64,000 bases of DNA. It comes from Fistulifera solaris. Lineage: Eukaryota. The notes under the pieces were generated by a model. The model ran no database searches. It saw only the letters and a list, made by a program, of their open reading frames with translations, and was not told the DNA's origin. The position numbers and the translations under genes were made by a program. This document shows positions 15,101-26,633 of this stretch, piece after piece (position 1 is the first letter of the stretch; every line of letters starts with the position of its first letter). The stretch covers positions 1-64,000 of the forward strand of contig AP026132.1 of assembly GCA_030295235.1 (NCBI GenBank). The letters run 5' to 3'.

Positions 15101-15403
15101 GCAGGCATGGGCGGTGTTGAATCGGATGGGTATACTAAGTTCTTGTCTTTGATGGGAGCAGCTTTTCTGTGTCTACGGCAAGCGGAGAACGTGCATTTGA
15201 TTTTGAGCTTGATTCGGCTCATGGAAGCGAGTTGCTTGCCTATGGAAATGCGCTTGAACGACGTCCGAAATCGTCTGAGGCTTGATCTGTCGGACGAAGC
15301 TGCGCTCGAATATCTAGAGGCCCTACTTGAAACTACGGTGTCCAATAAGATGTGGCTAGCTGTTGATGCGATTCACACGATTGGAAAGAGAATCAAAATG
15401 TAA
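12125..15403 (+). CDS. Phosphatidylinositol 3/4-kinase family protein (Vps34-like catalytic domain) with N-terminal PDZ-like domains; split by two probable indel errors
   Basis: YKHDDDLRQE, YILGVGDRHLDNLLI, FHCDYSFLMGSDPK. PDZ-like KLGITIS...VRNIQPNSPAAVAGV...LLEMNG. Frames join near 13740-13780 and in the T-run near 14475. Confidence 0.85.
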
Positions 15404-15587
15404 AAATTTATACATCAATTTCAATGCAACAACGCAAACTCTCCGATCCAGATCGTTACACTCGGGTGGTGTTCGTTTGTCCCATAACAGCTTGGACAGA
15501 GTCCATCAACGCTTGACCTTCAAGAAGAGTTTTTGACTTCTATTTCGAATGGGGACTTTTAGAGCATCGCCTTGAATATCAATACAA

Positions 15588-18500
15588 TCAGATTTTTTGG
15601 ACGCGGAGACCGTTGGTGCCTAAAATGGCATCGAGTTCCAAAATGGCAGGCAGTTCAACCATCACATCGTCGCCTATAACCTTGATGGGAAAGGTCAAAA
15701 TTTTGAGGTCACCACCGAGCTCCTCGCCGCTTTCCAATGCGAAATTCTTCTTGTGCAATGGACATGCGACCTTCGGAGTTCCAGCGCTGTCGCCGATGAT
15801 GCCTTGAGACAAGACGAAAGCCTGCTTGTGCGGACACATATTTTGAGTGCAGTACCATTCGCCTCGGGCTACATTATTGAAGACGGCCAACTGCGTTTCC
15901 CCTACTAGAATAGGTGTCCCAACATTTGGTCCGAAGTTGGACACCTTCCCGACGATAATCCAACTTTTTTCAGACTTTGCAAACACATCATCGGTTGGAG
16001 CACGCCACATTGTTTGGGCCTGTCCATCTTTCGGCCAATCTGCCGGGCGCTTCTGGCCTCGCATGTCAACGAACTCAATCATGTGCTCTTTATCAATCGT
16101 CTTGTCGGTATTCGCGAACTGCTTGAACTTTGCGCGTCGAGCTGGGTCCTTTACTACTTCGGCCTGCCGTTCGATGGTATTGTTTGAGTTTTGCTTTAGC
16201 GTGTGTCGAGAAATATTGAACACGACAACAAATTGACTTACCCACTCATCATGATACGTGTCGACCAAATGCTTCATTCTGGCGTCAAGTTCCGCACATA
16301 TCCCTAGCGAGTCTTCGATGATGACATCGCGCAAATGTCCAATGACAGTTCCGTCCTTGCCTTTCGGTAGCTTTTGCTGCCAAAAAGCCGTGCGCTCCAG
16401 ACGATCCGCTGTCAGAATGTAATACATGATGTATCGGTCCAAATAAAGCAACACGGTGTCTTCGTCGATATCGGTAGCCAGCAGTTGTGCATGAACAGGA
16501 ACAGAACCTCCGTTGCCGCCGACATACAAGTTATAGCCGTTTTCTGTGGCAATCATACCAAAATCTTTCGATTGCGCTTCTGCACACTCGCGGACACAGC
16601 CCGATACTGCACTCTTCATTTTGTGGGGAGATCGAATGCCCTTGTAGCGGTTCTCTACTCGCACCGCGAAACTCACGGCATCTTGTACTCCGTAGCGGCA
16701 CCATGTCGACCCGACACAAGATTTGACCGTACGCAGCGCCTTTCCGTAAGCGTGACCCGACTCAAAACCAGCCTTGCCCAACTCTTCCCAGATATCCGGC
16801 AATTCATGCTTGGCCGCTCCAAACAAATCAACCCGTTGTCCTCCTGTAATCTTGGTGTAAAGGTTATATTTATTGGCCACCACACCCAACGCAATCAACT
16901 GATCAGGGGTTAGCTCGCCACCAGCCACGCGAGGAACAACGGAATATGACCCACCGCGTTGCATATTCGCTAGGGCTCGGTCATTTGTATCTTGAAGCGC
17001 TTCATTATCGTCGATAATGACATCATTGACAAGTGAAGCCAAGATAGAACCCACAGTTGGTTTGCAAATCTCACAGCCGTCACCGCTTCCGTGTTTGTGC
17101 AAAATCTTTTCGAACGAATCAACGCTAGTAATGTCCGGATCCGTGCGGACCAAAGCCATGAGTTCCGTGCGACTGTAAGCGAAATGTTCACAAAGATGAT
17201 TGGAGAGACTACCACCAAGTTTTTCAAGCTCAGACGCTAATACAGCTTTCACTTGGGACTCGCATCCTCCGCATCCAGTTCCGGCGCGAGAGCACTTTTT
17301 CACATTGGCGTATGTAGCTTCCTGAACACCGAGCTCTTGAATGACGGAGGCAATCGCGCCTCGGGTAACATCATTACAGGAACAGATTTGAGTGCTGGGG
17401 TCGTCGCTAAGACTTTCCTCGTCCATGCCACTATCTCCACGAGCCGAAGGTGGTGCGAGTAAGACAGCACCGGGCACGTCAAGTTCTTTGTCGCCGGGCA
17501 CAGCGAGCTTATGCAAACGGTCGTAATCGCCGGCATCGCCCACCAGAATTCCACCACGCAACTTTGTACCGGCCTTGTTAAAAATCAGTTTGCGATAAAT
17601 GCCAGAAATAGGATCATTCCAAACCATCTCGCTAACATCATGGTCATCCGGTCGGGGCTGGTTGACACCAAAGGACGCCACATCGCAGCCGAGCAACTTG
17701 AGTTTGGTAGACATGTCGGCGCCAGTAAATTCTGGCAGTGCGTCGCGAAAGACGCCCCAGTCGGCTGCAATACACTTGGCAGCGACATCCGCCATCACGT
17801 ATCCCGGAGCAATCAAGCCGTAGATGAAATTATTGTAAAGAGCAATCTCGCCAATGGCATACACGTCTTCCACGCTTGTTTTCATGAAGTTATCGACGAC
17901 AATGCCCCCTCGCTCGCCAATTGATATCTTGGATCCGTCAGCTCGAGCCAAGTCGTCACGTGGTTTGATACCTGCCGAGATGATGACCATTTGAACCTCT
18001 AAATCGTCCCAATCTTCATTACTAAAGCGCAGCGCTGCGACTGGACTTGTGCTCTCCATATCCGTCGACCCATCTTGCCCAACAATCGACTCGGTGCGTG
18101 CACCACAGTGAACCTTGAGACCCATTTCTTCGATCTTTCCCACCAGAGCATTGTGACCGCCTTGATCAATCTGTCGACACATGAGGATGTCCGCGAACTC
18201 AATAATATGCGATTCGAGACCCATGTCTTTTGCGGCTTTGGCGGCTTCCAAACCGAGCAAGCCTCCTCCGATGACGGCCGCTTTTTTCACGTTATTGTCA
18301 GCGACATACTTGAGCATGCTCTCCAAGTCTTCGATAGTGCGATACACAAACACACCGGGTCGCTGCTTGCCCGGAATGGGAGGGACGAAAGGAAACGATC
18401 CAGTAGCCAAGACGAGTTTGTCGTAGGGGAATCGTCCGACCGGATGCTCCGGTCACCGTTTTGGATTCTGTGTCAACCGCGATAGCTTTATCATTCAAAT

Positions 18501-18853
18501 AGAGCTCCACATTGTTCTCTTTGTACCATGTCGTGCGTCCGTCTTCTTGAAACTCGCTTGTCATGCTCAGATCCGAAGGATTTCTCGTTTCAAAAAAGGA
18601 TGTGAGCTTGACTCGATTGTAAGCGGCTCTTGGCTCCTCGCAGAAAGTACTCAGCTGCACCGCAGGATCCAGTTTGAGCATATTTTCCATGAATCGCTGT
18701 CCGACCATGCCGTTACCGACCACAACAACGCGTTTCCCCGGACTGTCGCTTTCGGATGCCATCGACAACGACAAGAACGATTTCTTCGTCGAATGAATGC
18801 CGACAAAAGCAGTGGAGCTGCCTAGCAGCAAAAAAGGAGACGAAGGTTTTCAT
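15588..18853 (-). CDS. nirB: NAD(P)H-dependent assimilatory nitrite reductase (NirB with fused C-terminal Rieske/NirD-like domain), probable bipartite plastid leader
   Basis: VVVGNGMVG and IGGGLLGLEAA FAD/NAD motifs; CSCN...GTGCGGC BFD-like cluster; CVGSTWC and SGCVREC siroheme/4Fe-4S motifs; Rieske CPH...CPLH. In-frame 78-nt GT-AG intron at 16164-16241. Indels near 18830 and 18428; the 3' end may extend slightly past 15588. Confidence 0.93.
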
Positions 18854-19519
18854 CGTGCGTTTCGTATTCTTTAACAGAGCTATTACAGCAAAAGCGAGAG
18901 TCTTTTTGTTGTTAAAGATGAAAGAAAACAAGATGATGGAGGAAAGGTATCTCTCGAGCTTGGCCATTTTTTCTTCCTTCTTCCCCTTCCGTTTCCTTCA
19001 TGCTTCCGGAGGATATTCCGACTACTCTTTAGTCTATATTGAAACTGATTGACATTTGGCTGAGTACCGAATCGACGACGAAAACACAACAGCGCATACT
19101 GAAAGTGCCCGCACTTTCTGCCGTGAAAACCAAACAGAAGCATTCTTTGAACGAGGACGATTTGGAACGGGGAAAACCTCGGGAACTTTTTTTATGTACA
19201 ATGAAAGTATAGTCGAAATTCTGTTGGGAACCGTTCCGATCTTGTAAAGGTTTTACAACGGGTGTTCAAGATTCAAGAGGCAACGGTGTAGGGACTTTTT
19301 TCTATGTGAATGTGAAAATGGATGTTTTCTGCCAAGCATAATGATTAATTAGAGTCTTGGCCTTGGATGTCAGAGAGGCTCCAACGAAAGAGATTCCACA
19401 AACGGTGTCATGGCGCTTTGCCATGGCTTTTCCAGTAATACCACGAACAAGAGAAATACGTCGATGATTTAATGTTGATCTTGTACCGAAAGTATTTACT
19501 CCGTATCTTTTAGAAGTGA

Positions 19520-20444
19520 CTATAGAACGCTCTGTTTCATTCCTCGCTCCGATCAGAGTTGTCCGTGCCACGTTGTTGCTTGTTGGCCATACATGAACTT
19601 TGTGTGCTGCAATAAATGGGGCGTATCCGTTCATTTCTGTCTTTTTTTTTCTTGTAAACAACGGAGTAGTTTGTAAAAGTCTTACTCCGTACATCTTACC
19701 AGGTACGGAACATGAAAGAATTCAAACACTAATCTAAAGATTTCTTTCCCTTTACCTCCTTCCTAGACCTATAATTCATCAACTCTTTTATTATCCGTTT
19801 TCCGTCGTATTCGTGCCACATTTCCAAACTTCGCCGCCACCGGCCACAACCCACAACACCTGAGACTGAGACGCTTGCGAACACCGAAGACCGCCGACGC
19901 CGACAGCGGACAGCGGATATCGACGCATCGACACCCAAGGAGAGAGTAGAGTGGTCAGTGAATCTTTCTATCTTTTGAGGCTTACCAGCCTAAAGTACAG
20001 TACCAGGTATCAGGTATCAGGTATTGCTAACTGCTAACATTGCTTATTGTCCACTGTCCACTGTCCACTTGACTTTCGAATCTTGAACTTTGAGTGTCAT
20101 CGGGCCCTTTGAGTTTACCATTTAGATTTTAGATGATGATTCATGATTCATGATTCATGCCTTTGGCGGTATTTCGCGCTTCGAGCTCGTGCCTCGTGCG
20201 TGGTGCTCGTCGCAATCATCTAGAGAGTCTAGAAAATCTAGAATCAACTGTAGACTACAATACAAGTAGACTCTCTAGCTAGACTTGGCTATATGGCCAA
20301 TGGCCAATGGCCAATGGCCAATGAACAGCCGAATGCCGACGTCAATCGTCCTGAAGCATTTTGATTTTTGATTATTTTTTTAACTACTTGTACTCCGTAT
20401 TACAACTCTGATCGGAGCGAGGAATGAAACAGAGCGTTCTATAG
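19520..20444. repeat. Perfect 43-bp inverted repeat pair (19520-19562 / 20402-20444), possibly MITE termini
   Basis: ctatagaacgctctgtttcattcctcgctccgatcagagttgt and its exact reverse complement. Confidence 0.85.
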
Positions 20445-21040
20445 ATTTTATACGGAGTATGATGGATGATGGATTGATGAATTATGACTTATGACGTACG
20501 GAGTATGACGAATGACGAATGACGAATGACGAATGAACAATGAACGCGACACGCGACGGCGTATTCAAAGAAGGCCCAAGAGAAATCGAAGACAGCATTA
20601 GAGCGTTAAGGCTCTACGGCGTAGAGCGTCTGCTGGGCTGCTGGGAAACACGAAACACGTCAGCTTCATCATTAATCGTGATTTGATAATATTTGTGCTT
20701 TTTCTGCCCTTCCTGTTTACTGCAGCATCAAGATGGGCATGTGGCAAAGATACGGGCTACATAAGGTAGAATGACCCGAAACTGAGACCGGAGTTCTTCG
20801 ACTTTCGACAGCGTGACTAGTGATACATAAGAATATGGCCTACATAGTAGTCTCTCACCTTCGTCTTGGTCCCTTACGGCTCTATCAAAATGACTGGCAT
20901 CGAATCGATGATTTACATCAAATTTCCAGTCGATAAGGGACGAGCGAAGACCGCCTATTGAACCTTTTTCGTCTTTTTTATGCCAGTTTGGCAACCTCAC
21001 AAAACCTTCTATCGTAGAATTGCATCGAACAACTGGTATC

Positions 21041-23597
21041 ATGTTAGGATGGATGAACGATTGTCTTGAGAAGCTCGTCGTCGAGAAATTCGGGATCGAT
21101 GCATGGCATGAAATCAAAACCATTGCCAAGTGCGACGTTGCTGACGGCGGCTTCTTACGATTTGAGGAGTATCCCGATCAAGGCGTCTATGATCTTATTT
21201 ACGCTGGAAGTAAAGTGTCCGGCTTAACCGTTAATGTTCTCTTGGAAGAATTCGGTCGGTATTTTGTTCCTTACATCTCCAACTCCGGTCATGAGAATCT
21301 GGTAAGCTTTTTTAAACAAATGAACCAGCCCTCGCCTGCTATATAATATGTGACTCATCTGATTGACTCAGCTTTGGTGCCAAGGAAATACGCTAAAGGA
21401 CTGGGCAACCAACATCAACGCCATTCACAGTCATCTACAGACGACGTTTCCGAACAAAATGGTTATGCCCGAGTTCTGGGTGGAGGAAATGGGCGAGGAT
21501 GGTTCTTTGCACCTCCATTTCGTTTCAGCTCGAGGGCCAATTTTAGCACCGGTGGGTAAAGGAATCGTCATGGCAGTTGCTGAAAAGGAATTCGAACTTG
21601 ATATTCTTATGGAGCAACTGCAAACTCAAGGACAAGATGGAGCCAAGGCGACAACGTAAGTTTCTGTTGCACTTAAGAGCTTGAGCGCAACAAAATCCGC
21701 AGTCTAAATTGCCTCTTTACCAGCTGGAGAATCACTACCCGTGACCCGTTGGACATGTTCAAATTGACGCAGAAAAAGAACAAGTGGATTGAAACTGTAT
21801 CTCCCCCTCGTGTATTGACCTGTCCAATGTCGGGAATCACTTTGAATATGGCAAATGACGATGAGATGTCGGAAAACAGTGCGAACGAGATCCTGGACTC
21901 CCCACCGCGATGTCCCATGTCCAAGGATTACTCGACGCCCCCGTCGAAGAAGTCGAAAAAAGCAATCCAGGAAAACGAGTGTTTCCACTGTAGTATCTCA
22001 AATGACAAGATCGACGGAAGAAAGTGAGAATTCCGACGATGAATTCGACGATGACGATTCATTTCAAGCTCCTATCCAAATGACGGCAGAGCAAGCGAAA
22101 AGTGTGGTTTCGAAAAGCACTCGCACTTCGAAGACCTCTTCGACGGGATCCTCTGTCGGCATTACATCCAACGCTGCCTCAAATGGTTTATCGATTGCCA
22201 TGACGAGAAAATTATTTCCTTATCACATCACGCTGAGTAAGCATTTCGTGATCCTCGACGTTGGAGAGGACCTTCCAAAGATTCGCGGTGTCCCCAATAC
22301 GGAGCTGGTCGGGCGCCTGATTGAGGATGTGTTTTTAATCTCCAAGCCGGATTCGGCAAAATGGACCAAGGGATGGCTTCGTCGTTTGGAGGGACAGACA
22401 ATCACACTCGATCCTTTGGTTGCCCATGGCAGTACAATGCGCTTTGCAGGAAGTGTTGTAACCATGATTGATTCGATCAATGCAAAGTGGATGCTGATCT
22501 TAGCGCCAGACGCAAGCAACCTTACGGAGCTGCGCGGAATCGGTCTCACCCTCAGCGATTTGCCGGCTCATGGCTGTTATCGTGATGCAGTATTCTTGCG
22601 CGAGCACCTGAGCAGCCAAATGCAAGATGCATTGAAAATGGAGAAACTCAGCAAGTCCTTGCAGCGAGAAAAGGGGCTTCTGGAGTCGTTGCTACCTCAG
22701 CATGCTGCCGAAGGATTACGAATGGGACGCACCGTCAAGCCGCGCCTTCACAACAACGTGACCATCTTCTTTTCGGACGTGGTTGGTTTCACTAGCATCG
22801 CGGACAAGCTGTACCCTTGGCAAGTGATCAACATGTTGAACCAGCTGTACTGTATCATGGATTTTCTCGCCATCAAATTCCATTTGTTCAAGATCGAGAC
22901 AATCGGAGACGCGTATGTGTGTTGCAGCGGACTCCCGGAGACCGATGAAAATCACGCCAAGAACGTTGCCAATTTCGCGTTGGCCGTCCGACACTGCTGC
23001 CGTCACGTCAAGTCGCCTGTTGACGGGAAGCCGATTCAGCTGCGCATTGGCATTCATTCGGGAGCCTGTGCTAGCGGTGTGGTCGGTGTGACCAATCCCC
23101 GATATTGTGTCTTTGGTGACACAATGAACACGACCGCCCGACACGAAACAACCGGTTCGGCCAACATGATCCACTGCTCGAGCGTAACGCGAACAGAGCT
23201 ATCTCGAAATGCACCGACTTTATTTTCTTTGAAGAGACGCGGCAAGGTTGAGATGAAAGGAAAGGGTACTCTGACAACGTTTTGGCTTGATGCTTCTAAA
23301 TCGAACGAAGCTTTTTCGGCTGAGGGTCTGGCACAACTTGATGAATTGGTATTGAAAGAGTTGGGACAAATGGCATCCTTTGGAGCTGACGACACTTTGA
23401 AACAAGATCAGTCGAAGTTACCCGCAAGCCCTGTCAAAAGCGACTGTTCGTTGAACATGGAATCCAATGACCATCGATCCCTCGGCGATATGTTGTCGTG
23501 TCTATCACCACTACTGCCAAAGAAGCAAAACAATCCATTCGGTTTACCCCCTGGTATGCTTCTTTCACCGACGCCTTCCCTGATGATGTTCATCTGA
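21041..23597 (+). CDS. Soluble guanylate cyclase-like protein: H-NOX (HNOB) + HNOBA + class III cyclase
   Basis: MLGWMNDCLEKLVVEKFGIDAWHEI; heme His in INAIHSHL; LHFVSARG; FSDVVGFT, KIETIGDAY, PRYCVFGDTMNTTAR. GT-AG introns at 21302-21371 and 21656-21723; one indel near 21960. Confidence 0.92.
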
Positions 23598-24006
23598 GGG
23601 GCTCTCGGGTAATTAGTTTCGTTCTGAAAATAAGATCATTCATCTTTAGTCAATTGTCATTTGTCATGTAATAGGATTTTTTCAAAAGTAGAATCACTCG
23701 CATTCATTCCTCAAGTAGTTATTCGCAACAAAGCGTTCAATTGTTCTTTCAATAACATTATGCGGAGTACACCCTTCAGCTGCAAGTGCCAAAGATTCGA
23801 TGCACGGCAAAATTGAATGAACGAAAGAGGAGTAATTATGATTGAATTCTCCTTTTCGCGCAAAAGAACATACCTCTACAACTTTTCGATTACCTATCAT
23901 TGTTGAATTTATCATTGTATTGGCAAAACCTGCATTGCAAAAGCCTTTCAATCATTTGTTTTGTTAACGTTGGTGCCCGAAAGACGTGAATAAAATGGTA
24001 TGTTAT

Positions 24007-24723
24007 CGAAATAACACAATATCCGGGTGTCCCCTCTGTCGATAAATTTCCCTACGAGAGCTACGTGAAATTACGTAGACATTCGCAGCGGTGCATTAAT
24101 TGTTTTATTCATCGTTTTGTTTTCGAATCAATGGCTGTTGTTGCTTATTGATATGAAGCCATTACGATGCACAAGATAACATTCACATTTGTGCACTGAA
24201 AATCCAAAAATTGGATGGTGGTGAATAATACAAACTCCGGGTTAGAGATAAATTTCCTACTGCTGCTACGTAAAATTCGCGTAGACACAGGAAGCGTTGT
24301 TTCTTTTTATATATGGATGTTTCACTGTCATATTAGAATTGATTATTATTCAATATCACCCATTAGCAATGTTGGGCCAAGTATGGTTGATATGGGTGTC
24401 CGAGAAATGCGGAAAAAGATGTGTGATCGAAACAACACAATATCCGGGTGTCCCCTCTGTCGATAAATTTCCCTACGAGAGCTACGTGAAATTACGTAGA
24501 CATTCGCAGCGTTGTATTTCATCTTTATCATAAAAGTTTCCACGAAAATGAATGCTTTGATTGCCAAAACGAGATTGTCTTTCGCATCGGATCATCGTCA
24601 CGACGGTAAAACGTTTCCTACAGGCTTCAGCGACAATTACACGTACTGTACGGGTAGGCCTCATCGTAGGATATAACGGAGTATTTTAACAACATTGAGG
24701 GAACCCGGATATTGTGCCTTTCG
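24007..24723. repeat. Non-coding repeat element with ~210-bp internal periodicity (family B)
   Basis: Identical 78-bp blocks at 24013-24090 and 24434-24511, a degenerate copy at ~24225-24296, and an inverted partial copy at 24697-24723. Confidence 0.85.
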
Positions 24724-25315
24724 ACATCGCATTCATTTTTCGAGTATTTTTGGCTACAAAATGTTTTCAAATAAATTGTTTTCGAACGGCATCGATTGTT
24801 GCTTGTCTGCTGTCAATTATTACGATTCGTGCTTGGGCACCCTGTCGTTGGCTGGCGCTCTCGAGCAAGTGGAAAGAGTAATATCATTTCGGTTGTGGTA
24901 GGACGATGATGTGCGACTTATTCGACAATTTCTTTTCGCGCGCGACAAGAGATTGAAGTCGGTCAATTCACTTCCCCGCTACCCGGATACGGATATCATT
25001 GTGTAAGATTTGTCCGGCTTTGACCGAACCAAGTTGTTCTGTCCTTTTAGCAAGTACCGGAATTCGTAAAGCTTTTCGACGTGCGCTGTAAGACTATTTT
25101 GACCAATCGTTCTTTTTTCTACAGTCAGCCAAGTTCGGTCTTTACCCGGCGATGGTTCAGAATCAGCTGCTCATCAACGTCGTCATAACGAAACGGCGTG
25201 TAAAAGTTGAAGTCGAAGATTCAGCTAAATCAAGAGTTAATTGATACGACAATGGCTACAACTACTGCGATCGAATTAGCCGACGACAAACAGCGAGGAT
25301 CATCTCATGGTCGAC

Positions 25316-25903
25316 CTAGTACAAGAAAGGAAGTCCAGTAATCAACTTGTCCAAGCCATCAAATCCAGGACTGACAAAATTCTGGCTGTCATGACGGAGT
25401 AACTCCAAGACGGCAATCATGGCGAGACGACCGTGCTGCAATTCCTGCAATTGACGCTCCTTCATCTCTTCGGGAGTGAGGTCAAGCTTTCCGGCATCGA
25501 AGTCGCCCAAGTAGCCATAGTAGTCAACCGCTCCAATGAGGAAGAACATCTGGGCCCAACCGAGAGAGGGGATAGCGTCAATGGCGGCAACACCGTTGGG
25601 GATATCAGCGAACTTAAGACCGGGCGCAATCTCACCAGGGAATCGGTAGATCTCGGGCACGATGTATCCAATGACGGCGAGTTGGGCAACACGGCCGTGC
25701 TTGAGTTCAGCAGTGCGGTACTGAGCGAAGGTCTTTTCGTCAATGCCTTCGGAAAGGCCGAAAGGATCGAAAAATCCAGTGGGAGCAATGACACCGAGTT
25801 CGTTCTCGTACGACGCCTTCAAAGCGGAGGAGGACGCCTTGTTGGCAGAGGGTGCAAATGCAGCTGCAGAGCCGAAGAGAAAGGCAGCGATGGCTAGTTT
25901 CAT
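25316..25903 (-). CDS. Fucoxanthin-chlorophyll a/c light-harvesting protein (LHC/FCP family)
   Basis: Signal peptide plus AAAFAP, GFFDPFGL, AELKHGRVAQLA, ELQHGRLAM; intact ORF. Subfamily not assigned. Confidence 0.96.
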   Translation of the reverse strand: MKLAIAAFLFGSAAAFAPSANKASSSALKASYENELGVIAPTGFFDPFGLSEGIDEKTFAQYRTAELKHGRVAQLAVIGYIVPEIYRFPGEIAPGLKFADIPNGVAAIDAIPSLGWAQMFFLIGAVDYYGYLGDFDAGKLDLTPEEMKERQLQELQHGRLAMIAVLELLRHDSQNFVSPGFDGLDKLITGLPFLY

Positions 25904-26633
25904 TATTGCAAAGTGATTCTCAAAGCGAATTATGAGCCGATCGGATCGCTTGTGTTTTGTGGGTTTAGTCTTTACCGGAAATTTGCACGCTCAATAGGGG
26001 CGCATGCTTGGAGCAAGGTGTTCAAGGTTTATCGAAGCTCAAATTGGTATCTTTAATATATTGCTTAGTCTGAGCAAGTTTTACGTTATACGTCTTTGCT
26101 AAAGAGCACGTTTTACATCAACATTCTGTCATACACTAACACTGAGTAAAGTACTTCAACCGGTACTAAGACAATTTTCCACGCATTTATGATCCTGATC
26201 CCTATGGCCACTTGGAAGATCGACTGCAATGCGGTGAGTTTTGCACGCTTGAGACACGCTGCAAGCTGCTGCTTGTTGTGTGTCGTCATGATGCAATTTA
26301 AATGCTTACAGACTCAATCACTTTTGGAGCACACGACACTGTTGACTCCACTTCATTTGTGAGAATAAGATTGCGTGGGAGGCGAACGTCAAAAGCATCG
26401 TATGCTTGAAGACTGGAAGATTTTTGAAGCGATGTATTCGCTTCTACGAATTGTATCGCCGGGATTCGGGATGGTCTCGTCTATCAACAACAAACTGTAC
26501 GATGTGCACTGCTCTGTTTTCTGATCGAAGTAATGCTTGCACGCTAGCAAACGCGACCCATCGCTCATCTTACAAACCTTGAGAAACAATGTCGCAACAA
26601 AACATGCTATTTAAAGCAGCGAACTGCATTCGC

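Noticed and set aside
15613..18825. Plus-strand ORFs overlapping nirB (and similar antisense ORFs over LHC, GT2 and the cyclase)
   Set aside because: Antisense shadows of real coding sequence, with no motifs.
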